Below are positions 16,670 through 25,940 of a DNA stretch of 43,873 nucleotides, in pieces. A program made the position numbers and the translations under genes. This DNA is from Actinobacteria bacterium UBA912 (GTDB lineage Bacteria; Actinomycetota; Coriobacteriia; Anaerosomatales; UBA912): the NCBI GenBank assembly GCA_002293965.1, contig DBEG01000024.1, forward strand, positions 1 through 43,873, written 5' to 3'. The notes under the pieces are model-generated. The model ran no database searches. It was given only the letters and a program-made list of their open reading frames with translations, and was not told the DNA's origin. Within the stretch, counting starts at the first letter, position 1. Each line of letters opens with the position of its first letter.

Positions 16670-18094
16670 ATGTACCTGAGAGACGGAGATTCATTGAACC
16701 CGACACCAACCCCGCTGAAAGCTCATTTCATCGGCATCGGAGGCTCAGGCATGAGCGGGATTGCCTGTATCATGCACGAGAGAGGACACCGTGTCACCGG
16801 CTCGGATCTGAAGGAGTCCCGGTTCACAAGAGTACTGACAGAAGCCGGCGTCCCTGTAACCATAGGACATGACGCTGCTTGTGTGGGCGATGCACAAGTG
16901 GTTGTAGTCTCGACGGCTGTAAGTGAGCGAAACCCAGAACTGGTCGAGGCGAAGGAGCGCGGGATCGAAATCTGGCAACGGGCGAAGATGCTTGCGTGGC
17001 TCGCTGGAGACTCGATCACCGTAGCTGTAGCAGGAACCCATGGGAAGACCTCGACCAGCGCCATGGTTGCCACCATGCTTGAAGGTTCAGGGGCGAGCCC
17101 GACATTCGTTGTCGGTGGTGAGGTTGTGAAGTTCGGTAGAAACGCAATGAACGGTGTCGGGCCGCACTATGTCGTTGAGGCCGACGAATCGGATGGCTCG
17201 TTCATGCACCTCTCTCCCTCAGTGGCTCTCGTGACGAATGTAGAGGCCGATCATCTCGATCACTACGGCTCCCTTGAAGCGGTCGAGAGGACTTTCGTCG
17301 ATTTCCTGTCGCGCGTGCCGTCATCCGGCGCCATCATCGCGTGTGCCGATGACCATCGATTGTTGGAGCTAGCAAGCAGAGCAGATGCCAGTATCCTAAC
17401 CTATGGATTCGCCGTCGATGCCGCAGTCAGATGCCACTCCCTGACCCCCCAGGGGATGGGATTCCAGTTCGTGATCGACTTTCCGGATGGCAGCCGACAG
17501 GAGATGTTCCTTCCAGTACCCGGTGAACACATGGTCCAGAACGCCACCGGGGCGCTCGCGGTTGCTTATCATCTGGCTATCGACGTGGAGGCAGCGGCAA
17601 GAGCGGTCGAGACCTACAGGGGGGTCAAGCGTCGCTTCGATTGCATCGGCCACTCCAACGACATCACGATCTACGATGACTACGCCCATCATCCTACCGA
17701 GGTCAAAGCGACGCTCAAGGCTGCCCGTGATTGCGGATTCAATCGGATATGCGCTGTCTTCCAGCCACACCGATACACGCGAACAGAGGCATTCGCCGAG
17801 GAGTTCGGGGACGCCTTCGGTGATGCGGACCACTTGATCCTGATGGACGTGTACAGCGCTGGTGAACCGCCGATCCCCGGGATCTCAGGCAAGACGGTTG
17901 TGGACTCGGTGTTGGAGGCCTATCCCCGGCACAAAGTTACCTATCTGCCGCACAGAACAGACATACCCATATATCTGGCGAATAGACTGCGCCCGGGTGA
18001 TGTACTGATGACCATGGGCGCCGGTGATGTCTCAGGGATAGGAATGGATGTGCTCCGGGTGCTTGAAGAGCGGGGAGCCTTGCAGTGTCGGTAG
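16670..18094 (+). CDS. murC: UDP-N-acetylmuramate--L-alanine ligase MurC
   Basis: HFIGIGGSGMSGIA, GTHGKTSTS P-loop and DDYAHHPTE motif. An alternative TTG start at 16694 follows GGAG. Confidence 0.9.
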   Translation: MYLRDGDSLNPTPTPLKAHFIGIGGSGMSGIACIMHERGHRVTGSDLKESRFTRVLTEAGVPVTIGHDAACVGDAQVVVVSTAVSERNPELVEAKERGIEIWQRAKMLAWLAGDSITVAVAGTHGKTSTSAMVATMLEGSGASPTFVVGGEVVKFGRNAMNGVGPHYVVEADESDGSFMHLSPSVALVTNVEADHLDHYGSLEAVERTFVDFLSRVPSSGAIIACADDHRLLELASRADASILTYGFAVDAAVRCHSLTPQGMGFQFVIDFPDGSRQEMFLPVPGEHMVQNATGALAVAYHLAIDVEAAARAVETYRGVKRRFDCIGHSNDITIYDDYAHHPTEVKATLKAARDCGFNRICAVFQPHRYTRTEAFAEEFGDAFGDADHLILMDVYSAGEPPIPGISGKTVVDSVLEAYPRHKVTYLPHRTDIPIYLANRLRPGDVLMTMGAGDVSGIGMDVLRVLEERGALQCR

Positions 18095-18996
18095 CGAAGG
18101 CGTTTTCGCAGCTGAGCAAGCAGCTTACCGGCGTGGTGAAGCGCGATGAGCCACTTGCTCGATATACGACTTACCGGATCGGTGGACCAGCGGATATGTT
18201 GATCATTGCTGACACTCTCGCCGACTTGAGGGCTGCAACCGGAATCCTAGACGTTTCACAGATCGAGTGGACGGTTCTAGGGAAGGGGAGCAACATATTG
18301 GCGGCCGACGCAGGATATCGTGGAGCAGTGATCATACTTGGCCGTGATTTTCGCAAGCACTTTGTCCGTGAGGGACAATTGATCACCGGTGCCGGTGCGA
18401 TTTTGGCACACGTTGTTCAGGATGCCTACGCCGCAGGTTTATCCGGACTTGAGTTCGCAGTGGGAATTCCAGGTACTGTTGGCGGAGCCCTCGCGATGAA
18501 TGCAGGGACCGCTGACGACTGGATCGGGTCGGTGGTAAGCACGATGACAGTTCTCCAGCCAGGAGGGGAGCTTGTCGGTATGAGAGGACATGAGATCGCT
18601 TGGGGTTATCGTACAGTCGGCATGCCCGTTGGAGGCATAACTGTCGAGTGTAGCCTAAGGGTTGAGGAAGGGGATGTGCTGTCGATCCGCCGAAGGATGG
18701 ATAGCGCACTAACCCGCAGGAAACGCACGCAGCCGATAGGCCTCCCCTGCGCAGGCAGTGTTTTCAGGAACCCGGAGGGCGACTCCGCAGGTCGGCTCAT
18801 CGAGAGCGTCGGTCTCAAAGGGGCCAGGTCAGGGCAGGCTAGCATCTCTGAAGTGCATGCCAATTTCATTGTCAATCACGGTGGGGCTACAGCAAAGGAC
18901 GTGCTGCGCTTGTTGCACGATGCGCGCGATACCGTGTTGGATCGACATGGTGTCGAGCTCAAGCCGGAGATCAAGTTCTTGGGATCGTTCCAGTGA
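18085..18996 (+). CDS. murB: UDP-N-acetylenolpyruvoylglucosamine reductase MurB
   Basis: LARYTTYRIGGPADMLI, GKGSNIL and GSVFRNP are MurB FAD-binding/catalytic motifs. It overlaps the murC end by 10 nt. Confidence 0.9.
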   Translation: MSVAKAFSQLSKQLTGVVKRDEPLARYTTYRIGGPADMLIIADTLADLRAATGILDVSQIEWTVLGKGSNILAADAGYRGAVIILGRDFRKHFVREGQLITGAGAILAHVVQDAYAAGLSGLEFAVGIPGTVGGALAMNAGTADDWIGSVVSTMTVLQPGGELVGMRGHEIAWGYRTVGMPVGGITVECSLRVEEGDVLSIRRRMDSALTRRKRTQPIGLPCAGSVFRNPEGDSAGRLIESVGLKGARSGQASISEVHANFIVNHGGATAKDVLRLLHDARDTVLDRHGVELKPEIKFLGSFQ

Positions 18997-19895
18997 AACG
19001 ACGCAGAACAGTCATATCCAGTCATATTCCGAGAAGGACCGGGGCGAGTAAATCTCAGCCTAGAGTCAAGCATGAGACTTTACGCGGCGGTAGATCCGGA
19101 GGGCCTGCTAGAACCAACGCCCACAACCGTTCGACCCTGTCCTCGCGCAAACGAATCGCAAGAGAGCAGCGGCAGCATGCCCGAACGCGTCGGCAGCTAT
19201 TGATGATATGTGCGATCGCCTTAGCCCTTGTCCTTGTGCTCTCCTCGATAGTTGCTATTGTGCGTTCTGACATTTTCAAAATCCAATCCGTCGATGTTGT
19301 TGGGAACAGCCGTCTCACAGAGCAGCAGGTAATCGACATGGCCAAACTTCCTGAGAATGAGACGTTGCTTAGAGTCGCCGTCGCCGACATCGAGGCGAGG
19401 ATCGAGAAAGGCCCCTGGGTTGCTTCGGCAGATGTTTCCAGGCGCCTTCCGGCGACGCTGAGGATCAGCATCACCGAAAGAGTTCCGGTAGCGATCCTTG
19501 ATACTGGTGAAGAGTTGTATACCATCGACAGGCTCGGGAACGTTCTCGAACAACAGGTATCCACAGGAACGGCCCCGGCTTTGGTTATCCGTGATATACA
19601 GGATATCGTGCCGGTGGTTGGAAGTCGTCCGGACAGTGAGGCGTTGGAGAATGCCCTGCGGGTTTACGGAGCACTCGACCAGCAGATGCTGGGCATCACT
19701 AGAGCTATTTCGGCACCTACTGTGGATGAGACAGCGATCATCACAGAGGATGGGGTAGAGATATTCGTCGGAGCCGCAGAGAGCATGCCCGAGAAACAAC
19801 AGATCGCCTTCGCGATACTTCAAGAGAGGGCGGGGAAGGTCGTCTATATCAATGTAAGGTCGATAGAGCGCCCAACCTGGAGAGCCCTCGAATAG
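18993..19895 (+). CDS. ftsQ: Cell division protein FtsQ/DivIB
   Basis: GTGA overlap with murB. It has a basic cytoplasmic N-terminus, a single TM, a POTRA-like block (FKIQSVDVVGNSRLTEQQVIDMAKL) and a position immediately before ftsZ. Confidence 0.8.
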   Translation: MKRRRTVISSHIPRRTGASKSQPRVKHETLRGGRSGGPARTNAHNRSTLSSRKRIAREQRQHARTRRQLLMICAIALALVLVLSSIVAIVRSDIFKIQSVDVVGNSRLTEQQVIDMAKLPENETLLRVAVADIEARIEKGPWVASADVSRRLPATLRISITERVPVAILDTGEELYTIDRLGNVLEQQVSTGTAPALVIRDIQDIVPVVGSRPDSEALENALRVYGALDQQMLGITRAISAPTVDETAIITEDGVEIFVGAAESMPEKQQIAFAILQERAGKVVYINVRSIERPTWRALE

Positions 19896-19968
19896 GAGAT
19901 CAACTGCAGGTCAGAAGCACCGCCTGCCACCCCCGGACGAAATCGGTGCGGATCGGGCGAACAAAGAT

Positions 19969-19997
19969 TTGACAAGGTCTTGCATGTTGCATAACCT
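19969..19997 (+). promoter_or_regulatory. Candidate ftsZ-proximal promoter
   Basis: TTGACA (19969-19974), a 17-nt spacer, then TAACCT (19992-19997). It sits inside the only AT-rich intergenic stretch of the dcw cluster. Confidence 0.35.
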
Positions 19998-20005
19998 TTA
20001 TGCAA
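19987..20005. promoter_or_regulatory. Perfect 8-3-8 palindrome TTGCATAA-CCT-TTATGCAA, putative operator
   Basis: Read directly from the sequence. An additional direct TTGCAT copy sits at 19980-19985. The palindrome overlaps the candidate -10. Its function is inferred only. Confidence 0.35.
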
Positions 20006-20081
20006 AGATAGACTGTTATGTATGTAGTGTAACCTTCAACTTGACCTTTACTGTATCCGAACGAAAGGGTCTGGAGGGGAA

Positions 20082-21158
20082 ATGATTGACACGGGTGCCA
20101 ATTATCTAGCCGTCATCAAGGTCGCCGGAATAGGCGGCGGCGGCACAAATGCGGTGAACCGCATGGTCGAGGCGGGCGTGAAGGGCGTTGAATTCATCGC
20201 CATCAACACAGATGCCCAGGCTTTGCTGATGTCTGATGCGGACTACAAGGTCCACATAGGCGTCGGACTAACCAAAGGACTCGGCGCTGGTGCGGATCCC
20301 GATGTCGGGTATCAGGCCGCAGAAGAGAATCGCGCTGAGATCAAAGAAGCGCTCCAGGGTGCCGACATGGTTTTCGTCACCGCTGGCCAGGGCGGTGGTA
20401 CCGGAACCGGTGCTGCCCCCATAATCGCCCAGATCGCCAAAGAAGAGATCGGCGCCCTGACTGTCGGTGTCGTAACTCGTCCTTTCGCCTTCGAGGGGCG
20501 CAAGCGTGCACTTCAGGCGGAAGAAGGAATCAAACGCCTCCGGGATGTCGTCGATACTCTCATAGTCATCCCAAACGACCGCTTGCTCCAGGTCGCCGAG
20601 AAGAAGACGTCCATCCTTGATGCTTTCAGAGTCGCAGATGACATACTGCGGCAGGGAACTCAGGGAATCACTGATCTCATCACCGTACCGGGTCTAATCA
20701 ACCTGGACTTCGCCGACGTACGCACCATCATGCAGGATGCGGGTAGCGCGCTGATGGGAATCGGCATCTCCGCGGGCGACAACAGAGCCCATGACGCAGC
20801 TAAGGCCGCGATATCCAGCCCGCTACTCGAGAGCAGCATTGAAGGCGCACAGGGCGTTTTGCTGTCTATCGCTGGTGGCAGCGACCTTGGTCTGTTTGAA
20901 GTCAACGAAGCTGCCGAAGCGGTAGCACAGGCCGCGCATCCCGACGCAAACATCATCTTCGGCGCCATGATCGATGACTCGATGATGGATCAGATCCGAG
21001 TGACCGTCATTGCAACCGGATTCGAGGGGCGCAGAAGGCAAGAGGCGATGCAGTTCACTGCCGAAGAGGGCGTTGCGTCGCTTCCAACCTACGAGCCGAT
21101 GACCACAGCCGAGGACGATCTCGACATACCAGCGTTTCTGAAGAAGCGGACCTACTGA
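20082..21158 (+). CDS. ftsZ: Cell division GTPase FtsZ
   Basis: [13 protein letters not shown], tubulin signature [14 protein letters not shown] motif, and the C-terminal peptide [11 protein letters not shown]. Confidence 0.97.
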   Translation: MIDTGANYLAVIKVAGIGGGGTNAVNRMVEAGVKGVEFIAINTDAQALLMSDADYKVHIGVGLTKGLGAGADPDVGYQAAEENRAEIKEALQGADMVFVTAGQGGGTGTGAAPIIAQIAKEEIGALTVGVVTRPFAFEGRKRALQAEEGIKRLRDVVDTLIVIPNDRLLQVAEKKTSILDAFRVADDILRQGTQGITDLITVPGLINLDFADVRTIMQDAGSALMGIGISAGDNRAHDAAKAAISSPLLESSIEGAQGVLLSIAGGSDLGLFEVNEAAEAVAQAAHPDANIIFGAMIDDSMMDQIRVTVIATGFEGRRRQEAMQFTAEEGVASLPTYEPMTTAEDDLDIPAFLKKRTY

Positions 21159-21193
21159 GCACCACCGCTCCATGAATCGGAGCGTGAGAGTTT

Positions 21194-21236
21194 GAAGCCG
21201 GGTTCATCGAGGTAGACCCTCGCTGGACCCGGCTTC
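21194..21236. terminator. Stem-loop between convergent ftsZ and the DUF4013 gene, candidate bidirectional terminator
   Basis: GAAGCCGGGT (21194-21203) pairs perfectly with ACCCGGCTTC (21227-21236). The inner CGAGG/CCTCG stem sits in the loop. There is no strong U-tract on either side, so it may be factor-dependent or purely structural. Confidence 0.45.
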
Positions 21237-21243
21237 GGCGTTC

Positions 21244-22044
21244 TTAGGGTGTCTGAGGGGGTAACGGAGGTGCTGGAGGTGCTGGAGGTGCAGGTGGCGC
21301 AGGAGGCGCAGGAGGTGCAGGAGGCGCTGGAGGTGCTGGAGGTGCAGGTGGGCTGGGAGTGAATGCGGTTGGAGATGTCGCCACCGCAGGGGTCGTGCCG
21401 TAGGCTGCGCGGGCCCACTGTCCGAACACGTGCCCAGCCATGATGTAGGACAGGAAAAAGACCCAGAACATCAGGACGGAGCCCACGATCAAGAACGTGA
21501 GGAAGCTCGCGAGGATGCTCGCTACAAAATAGATCAGCAAGCTGAGACCCCAGGCTTTGAAGTAGCCGGTTCCCGATCGAATGCGGCCCATGATCTCGCC
21601 GATGGCGAACATCGATCCAAAGTTGCCGGTCATAGCGAAATTGACCACGGCCGCTGAATAAATCACCGACACCGCCAGCATCCAGGTGACAGAGAGGACA
21701 CTAAGGAGGCAGATAGTGGCATAACTGGCACCCAACGCTGCGGAATCGCCGACCATCCCGGCGCCCGCCACGATGACCGTCTGGATGCCCAAAAGTATCA
21801 ATGCGGGCAGGTTGTAGATGAACAGGCCGATCATCACCAGCAGCCCCTGTACCCATTTCTGCCCGAAATCGTTCCATACGGGAAGTTCTTCGTTGCCCTC
21901 GGCAACAGACCGGATGTATGCCAGCATTGCTCCGAGCTGCGCGGGTATCAGTGGGAATAGCAGACCCCAAAGGCCTCCTAACCCGACTTTGACCAGCCAC
22001 TCTCGATCCTCAAAGGGCGCGGACAGGGCTCTTGAAAGATTCAT
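21244..22044 (-). CDS. DUF4013-like polytopic membrane protein with C-terminal (APP)n proline-rich tail
   Basis: The N-terminus ...FEDREWLVKVGLGGLWGLLFPLIPAQLGAMLAYIRSVAEGNEELPVWNDFGQKWVQGL... fits my memory of the DUF4013 pattern. It has about 6 TM segments and the tail PPAPPAPPAPP... The ATG at 22044 has GGGGGA upstream. The track start is GTG 22047. Confidence 0.6.
   Translation of the reverse strand: MNLSRALSAPFEDREWLVKVGLGGLWGLLFPLIPAQLGAMLAYIRSVAEGNEELPVWNDFGQKWVQGLLVMIGLFIYNLPALILLGIQTVIVAGAGMVGDSAALGASYATICLLSVLSVTWMLAVSVIYSAAVVNFAMTGNFGSMFAIGEIMGRIRSGTGYFKAWGLSLLIYFVASILASFLTFLIVGSVLMFWVFFLSYIMAGHVFGQWARAAYGTTPAVATSPTAFTPSPPAPPAPPAPPAPPAPPAPPAPPAPPAPPLPPQTP
21266..21346 (-). repeat. 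Nine tandem 9-nt units (GGAGGTGCW/GGAGGCGCW on + strand) encoding (APP)9
   Basis: Units were read at 21266, 21275, 21284, 21293, 21302, 21311, 21320, 21329 and 21338. A tenth degenerate unit follows. Confidence 0.9.
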
Positions 22045-22208
22045 CACATCCCCCTTCCCAAATCTTGAGTCCCGCTATCGGAAACTCGCTACCTTGTATT
22101 CTATCCTGAATCAGGCTCGCTAATCATGAAAACATCAGAGTGAACACAAGCTCCAGTATCATGCGGGGTAACCAGCATCCAATCGCTCGGAAAATGGAGG
22201 GTAGACCG

Positions 22209-23033
22209 ATGGCACCGCCTTCACCTCGCCTGGACAGACGCGAGCAATCTGATGGGATTGTGATCCATACCGATGAGGACCTGTACGAACACTCGCGGAT
22301 CAGGGTTGCATTCTCTGAGCGCACAGGTGGAGTCAGTCGATCACCTTGGCAATCGCTGAACCTCGCTACCCACGTTGGCGATGAAGAACCACACGTTGCT
22401 GTGAATCGCGCCAGGCTTCTCTCGGCGGTAGGAGTTGAACCTCAGGCCGTCGATCTGGTGATGGCCGGGCAGGTGCATGGCGACTCGATTGCGACTATAG
22501 ATCAGGATGCGTTCAGCAGCGGCGAGGCCGATTATGGTGAACCGTTCGTCGCACCAGCCACGGATGCACTTCTGACCCAACACCGTGATGTCGCCCTGCT
22601 CATGCTGTATGCGGATTGTGTTCCCATAATCCTCGTCGCGGAGGCTCCGACTCCATCCATCTGCGTCGTGCATGCTGGCTGGCGAGGGGTCCTGGGCCTT
22701 CTTCCCGAGAAGGCCGCCAGGGGTTTGATCGATCGAGCGGGATGCTTACCCCAAGATGTCTCGGTCTACATCGGTGCGCATATCGGCAGTTGTTGTTTCC
22801 GCGTCGCCGAAGAGCTGTCGTTGGCCTTCGCCGCCAAATTCGGCGACTCCGTTGTTGTAGGATCCAGCGTCGACCTTCACGCTGCCGTCGAAATCGGTTT
22901 GGCGCGTGCTGGAATACCCTCTGAACGCATTACCAGCCTGCGGACTTGCACGGTTCACAACTCCGATCGTTTCTTCTCGTATCGTGCGGATGGACTCACC
23001 GGTCGACACGGGGCGCTAGCCTTGATCGATTGA
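22209..23033 (+). CDS. pgeF: Peptidoglycan editing factor PgeF / YfiH (DUF152, laccase-domain) family protein
   Basis: FSERTGGVS, QVHGD, TDALLT, YADCVPI, HAGWRG and the C-terminal C..HNSDRFFSYR motifs. GGAGG (22196-22200) lies 8 nt before the ATG at 22209. The track start at 22140 lacks an SD. Confidence 0.85.
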   Translation: MAPPSPRLDRREQSDGIVIHTDEDLYEHSRIRVAFSERTGGVSRSPWQSLNLATHVGDEEPHVAVNRARLLSAVGVEPQAVDLVMAGQVHGDSIATIDQDAFSSGEADYGEPFVAPATDALLTQHRDVALLMLYADCVPIILVAEAPTPSICVVHAGWRGVLGLLPEKAARGLIDRAGCLPQDVSVYIGAHIGSCCFRVAEELSLAFAAKFGDSVVVGSSVDLHAAVEIGLARAGIPSERITSLRTCTVHNSDRFFSYRADGLTGRHGALALID

Positions 23034-23123
23034 AATCGATTCTCCTTGCCTGTTGGCGCACGACCGCCGCAAGAAATCGCCACAAGTAGTGACTGATGGT
23101 GGTCTCGGAATCTAGCTATCTGC

Positions 23124-23132
23124 TGTTATAAT
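23124..23132 (+). promoter_or_regulatory. Extended -10 promoter candidate (TGtTATAAT) for the phoU-like gene
   Basis: Perfect TGnTATAAT at 23124-23132, about 47 nt upstream of the ATG at 23179, which has AAGGAG. There is no good -35. Confidence 0.4.
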
Positions 23133-23178
23133 CAAGCGTGGAAGCAGTCGTATTCGTCATATTAAGGAGTGCGCGAAT

Positions 23179-23844
23179 ATGCGCGAAGAATTCAGGAATG
23201 AACTGAGAGACCTAAGGGCAGAGGTCGTCGAGATATCCCACGACGTCACGGAGGTTACCAGACTCGCCGTACGTTCCCTCGTCGACGGTGATGTCGATGC
23301 AGCCCAGCTTGTAATCGATGGCGACTCTGACTTCGATCGCCGATGCCTCGGGGTCGAGGAGCACGCTATCGAGATCATAGCGACCCAGTTCCCGGTGGCC
23401 CGGGATCTCAGGTTGCTGTATTCGCTGACCTACATCTCGCTGCATCTTGAGCGCATGGCGGACCTGTCGGTCAACATCGCTCGTGCCACCAAGCGAACTG
23501 CTGGACGTCGTGGGCCCCAGACTCTCTACGACCTGATCCAGGCACAGGGTAATCTCGTTTATCGCGTACTCGAAGCGATGAGCGAGGCCCTGAAAAACAG
23601 CGACCTGGAGCTTGCCAGAAAACTGGAAGACCTCGACGAGCCGATTGACCATCTCTACAAGCAGTTCTTCAGAGAGCTTGGCAGATTGGACGAGGACGAG
23701 GATATCGAGTGGGCATCTTCGATGGTCTTGGCGGCACGCTATCTTGAGCGCATCGCTGACAATGCAGTCGACATCGGAGAGCGAATCGCATACCTGGTCA
23801 CTGGTGAGTTCGATGGTTCCTGCACGCCGAACGAGGAGCAATAG
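23179..23844 (+). CDS. phoU: PhoU-family phosphate-signalling accessory protein
   Basis: Two PhoU repeats. FPVARDLRLLYSLTYISLHLERMADLSVNIA and ...MVLAARYLERIADNAVDIGERI are the typical E(R)xxD helices. Confidence 0.8.
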   Translation: MREEFRNELRDLRAEVVEISHDVTEVTRLAVRSLVDGDVDAAQLVIDGDSDFDRRCLGVEEHAIEIIATQFPVARDLRLLYSLTYISLHLERMADLSVNIARATKRTAGRRGPQTLYDLIQAQGNLVYRVLEAMSEALKNSDLELARKLEDLDEPIDHLYKQFFRELGRLDEDEDIEWASSMVLAARYLERIADNAVDIGERIAYLVTGEFDGSCTPNEEQ

Positions 23845-23852
23845 AACCTTCT

Positions 23853-24530
23853 TTGGGCGCGATTGCTGAGCGATACGAGTGGATTTGCAGACAGGTTGCC
23901 GAAGCCGCTGACCATGTCGGCCGGGATGCCTGTGACATCACCGTGGTCGCCGTAACCAAGAACGTCGGCGTACCGGAGATTCAGCAAGCTCTGGCAGCCG
24001 GCATCCTAGATCTGGGAGAGAACAGGGTCCAGGAATTCTCGGGAAAGCAGGCGATGTTCCCGGAAGCCAGGTGGCATTTCATCGGCACTTTGCAGACGAA
24101 CAAGGCCAAGCATGTGGTCGGGAAGGCGCACCTGATTCACTCGGTCGATTCACTCAGGCTACTCGAAACCATCGATTCGAGGGCTGCGGATGTCGACGTC
24201 AGGCAGCCGGTCCTGTTGCAGGTCAACGTCGCCGGCGAGGCCACGAAGCATGGATTTGCGCCGTGCGACCTCGCAGATGTTTTGCTCGAAGCCGACAAGA
24301 TGGACAACATCGTGGTGAAGGGCTTGATGACGATGGCCCCGTTCGGCTCCCCCGAGGATCAGCGCTGGGTCTTCCAGGAGTTGCGAGAAGTGCGGGATAA
24401 CCTGTGCGTCAAGCCCCACAATGGGGTAGAGTTAGATGAACTTTCAATGGGTATGACCAACGACTATCGTGTTGCGGTCGAAGAAGGGTCTACCATTGTT
24501 CGTATCGGTCGGGCCATCTTCGGCAGATAG
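23853..24530 (+). CDS. yggS: YggS-family pyridoxal-phosphate homeostasis protein (PLPBP)
   Basis: ITVVAVTKNV carries the PLP lysine. Also GENRVQE, HFIGTLQTNK, SMGMTNDY and GSTIVRIGRAIFG. The start codon is TTG. Confidence 0.88.
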   Translation: MGAIAERYEWICRQVAEAADHVGRDACDITVVAVTKNVGVPEIQQALAAGILDLGENRVQEFSGKQAMFPEARWHFIGTLQTNKAKHVVGKAHLIHSVDSLRLLETIDSRAADVDVRQPVLLQVNVAGEATKHGFAPCDLADVLLEADKMDNIVVKGLMTMAPFGSPEDQRWVFQELREVRDNLCVKPHNGVELDELSMGMTNDYRVAVEEGSTIVRIGRAIFGR

Positions 24531-24558
24531 CCGAAGGCTCCCAGGCGGAGGAGTGATC

Positions 24559-25110
24559 GTGGGTCTTTGGAATAGAATCAAGGCGCGTCTTGGTTTCGGT
24601 GATTACGACTACTACGACGATTATGACGACGAAGATGACGACGGAATCCGCGACGAGGACGATGCGGAACCTGAAGAGCAGTGGAGCTCACGGGCCACCG
24701 AGCGCTCGAGTTCGGTCCGCCGAATCGAGCGGCAGCCCGAGGCCGACTATTCGCGCGATTGGTCAAGGGAGCCCCAGAGACTGCGTGCTGTCCCATCGGC
24801 TTCTGAGGTCAGCAGCATATCTCCGCAGCTCAAGATGCATATAGTGGAGCCCAAGGGCTTCAACGAGGCACAGAGCATCGCAGACAAGTTCAAACAAGGC
24901 ACTCCGGTCATCATCAACATGACAAGCACGTCTCCGGAGCTAGCTAAGCGATTCATCGACTTCGCCAGCGGGCTGACCTACGGACTCGATGGCGGCTTGC
25001 AAAGAGTGTCGGATAAGGTGTTCATGCTGACTCCGACTAACGTCGACGTTTCCGACGGGGATGTCAGGCGCATGAAGGACCGAGGGCTGTTCGGCGGAGT
25101 CGACCTATGA
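24559..25110 (+). CDS. sepF: Cell division protein SepF
   Basis: GGAGGAG lies 5 nt before GTG 24559. It has an N-terminal amphipathic MGLWNRIKARLGF, an acidic linker, and the conserved C-terminal domain (IVEPKGFNEAQSIADKFKQGTPVIINM...FIDFASGLTYGLDGGLQRVSDKVFMLTP). The track start at 24469 is over-extended. Confidence 0.85.
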   Translation: MGLWNRIKARLGFGDYDYYDDYDDEDDDGIRDEDDAEPEEQWSSRATERSSSVRRIERQPEADYSRDWSREPQRLRAVPSASEVSSISPQLKMHIVEPKGFNEAQSIADKFKQGTPVIINMTSTSPELAKRFIDFASGLTYGLDGGLQRVSDKVFMLTPTNVDVSDGDVRRMKDRGLFGGVDL

Positions 25111-25940
25111 CGTCCAGCGCTGGATTGGCGCTCGCGCGGGAGACCCGCCTTGCCGTCATCGGCGGTGGCAGGATGGGCGAAGCCATCATTGCTGGACTGG
25201 TGTCCAGCGGAGCCCTAGAGTCCTCGAGCATCACCGTTGTCGAGCCTTCGCCTGGTCGCCGCTCGGTTTTGACCGACACATACGGTGTCCTCTGTTTCCC
25301 CACTCCACAAGAGATTGAGACCGGGTTCGATGTGGCTTTGCTGGCGGTCAAGCCGCAGGCCCTGCCGTCTGTGTTGCCGAAACTCGCTCCCATTGTCGGC
25401 TCAGCGCTGGTAATCTCGATTGCCGCGGGTGTGACCACTACTCGGCTGGAGTCGGTCCTACCGCAAGCGACTGCTGTCGTGCGCGTGATGCCTAACACTC
25501 CTGTGATGGCGGGGCAGGGGATGAGCGTGATCTGTCCCGGCGCCGAGGTGTCTGATGAGCAGATCGCGTTAGCACAGGCTCTCTTCGGCTCTGTCGGCGA
25601 GACGATCATTCTTGCCGAGCAGCACCTCGATGCCGCAACGGCCATCTCAGGGTGCGGGCCGGCATACATGGCCATCGTCATCGATGCTTTGACGCGGGCC
25701 GGCGTGCAGCATGGACTTTCAAGAGAGGCAGCCCAGGCCCTAGTCGTTCAGACGATGCGTGGGACAGCGGATCTGCTGGAAACCACGGGAGCCCACCCTG
25801 CCCAACTTGCTGACGATGTCGCTAGCCCCGGCGGCGCTACCGCCGCTGCGATAGCGGCTCTCGAAGAGAGTGGGCTTAGGAGCGCATTCGCCAAGGCAGT
25901 GAATGCCGCAGTCACTCGGGCGAAGGAGCTGAACCCGTGA
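25107..25940 (+). CDS. proC: Pyrroline-5-carboxylate reductase
   Basis: ATGA overlap with sepF. VIGGGRMGEAI Rossmann motif, AVKPQ, MPNTPVMAGQG and SPGGATAAAI motifs. Confidence 0.9.
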   Translation: MTSSAGLALARETRLAVIGGGRMGEAIIAGLVSSGALESSSITVVEPSPGRRSVLTDTYGVLCFPTPQEIETGFDVALLAVKPQALPSVLPKLAPIVGSALVISIAAGVTTTRLESVLPQATAVVRVMPNTPVMAGQGMSVICPGAEVSDEQIALAQALFGSVGETIILAEQHLDAATAISGCGPAYMAIVIDALTRAGVQHGLSREAAQALVVQTMRGTADLLETTGAHPAQLADDVASPGGATAAAIAALEESGLRSAFAKAVNAAVTRAKELNP

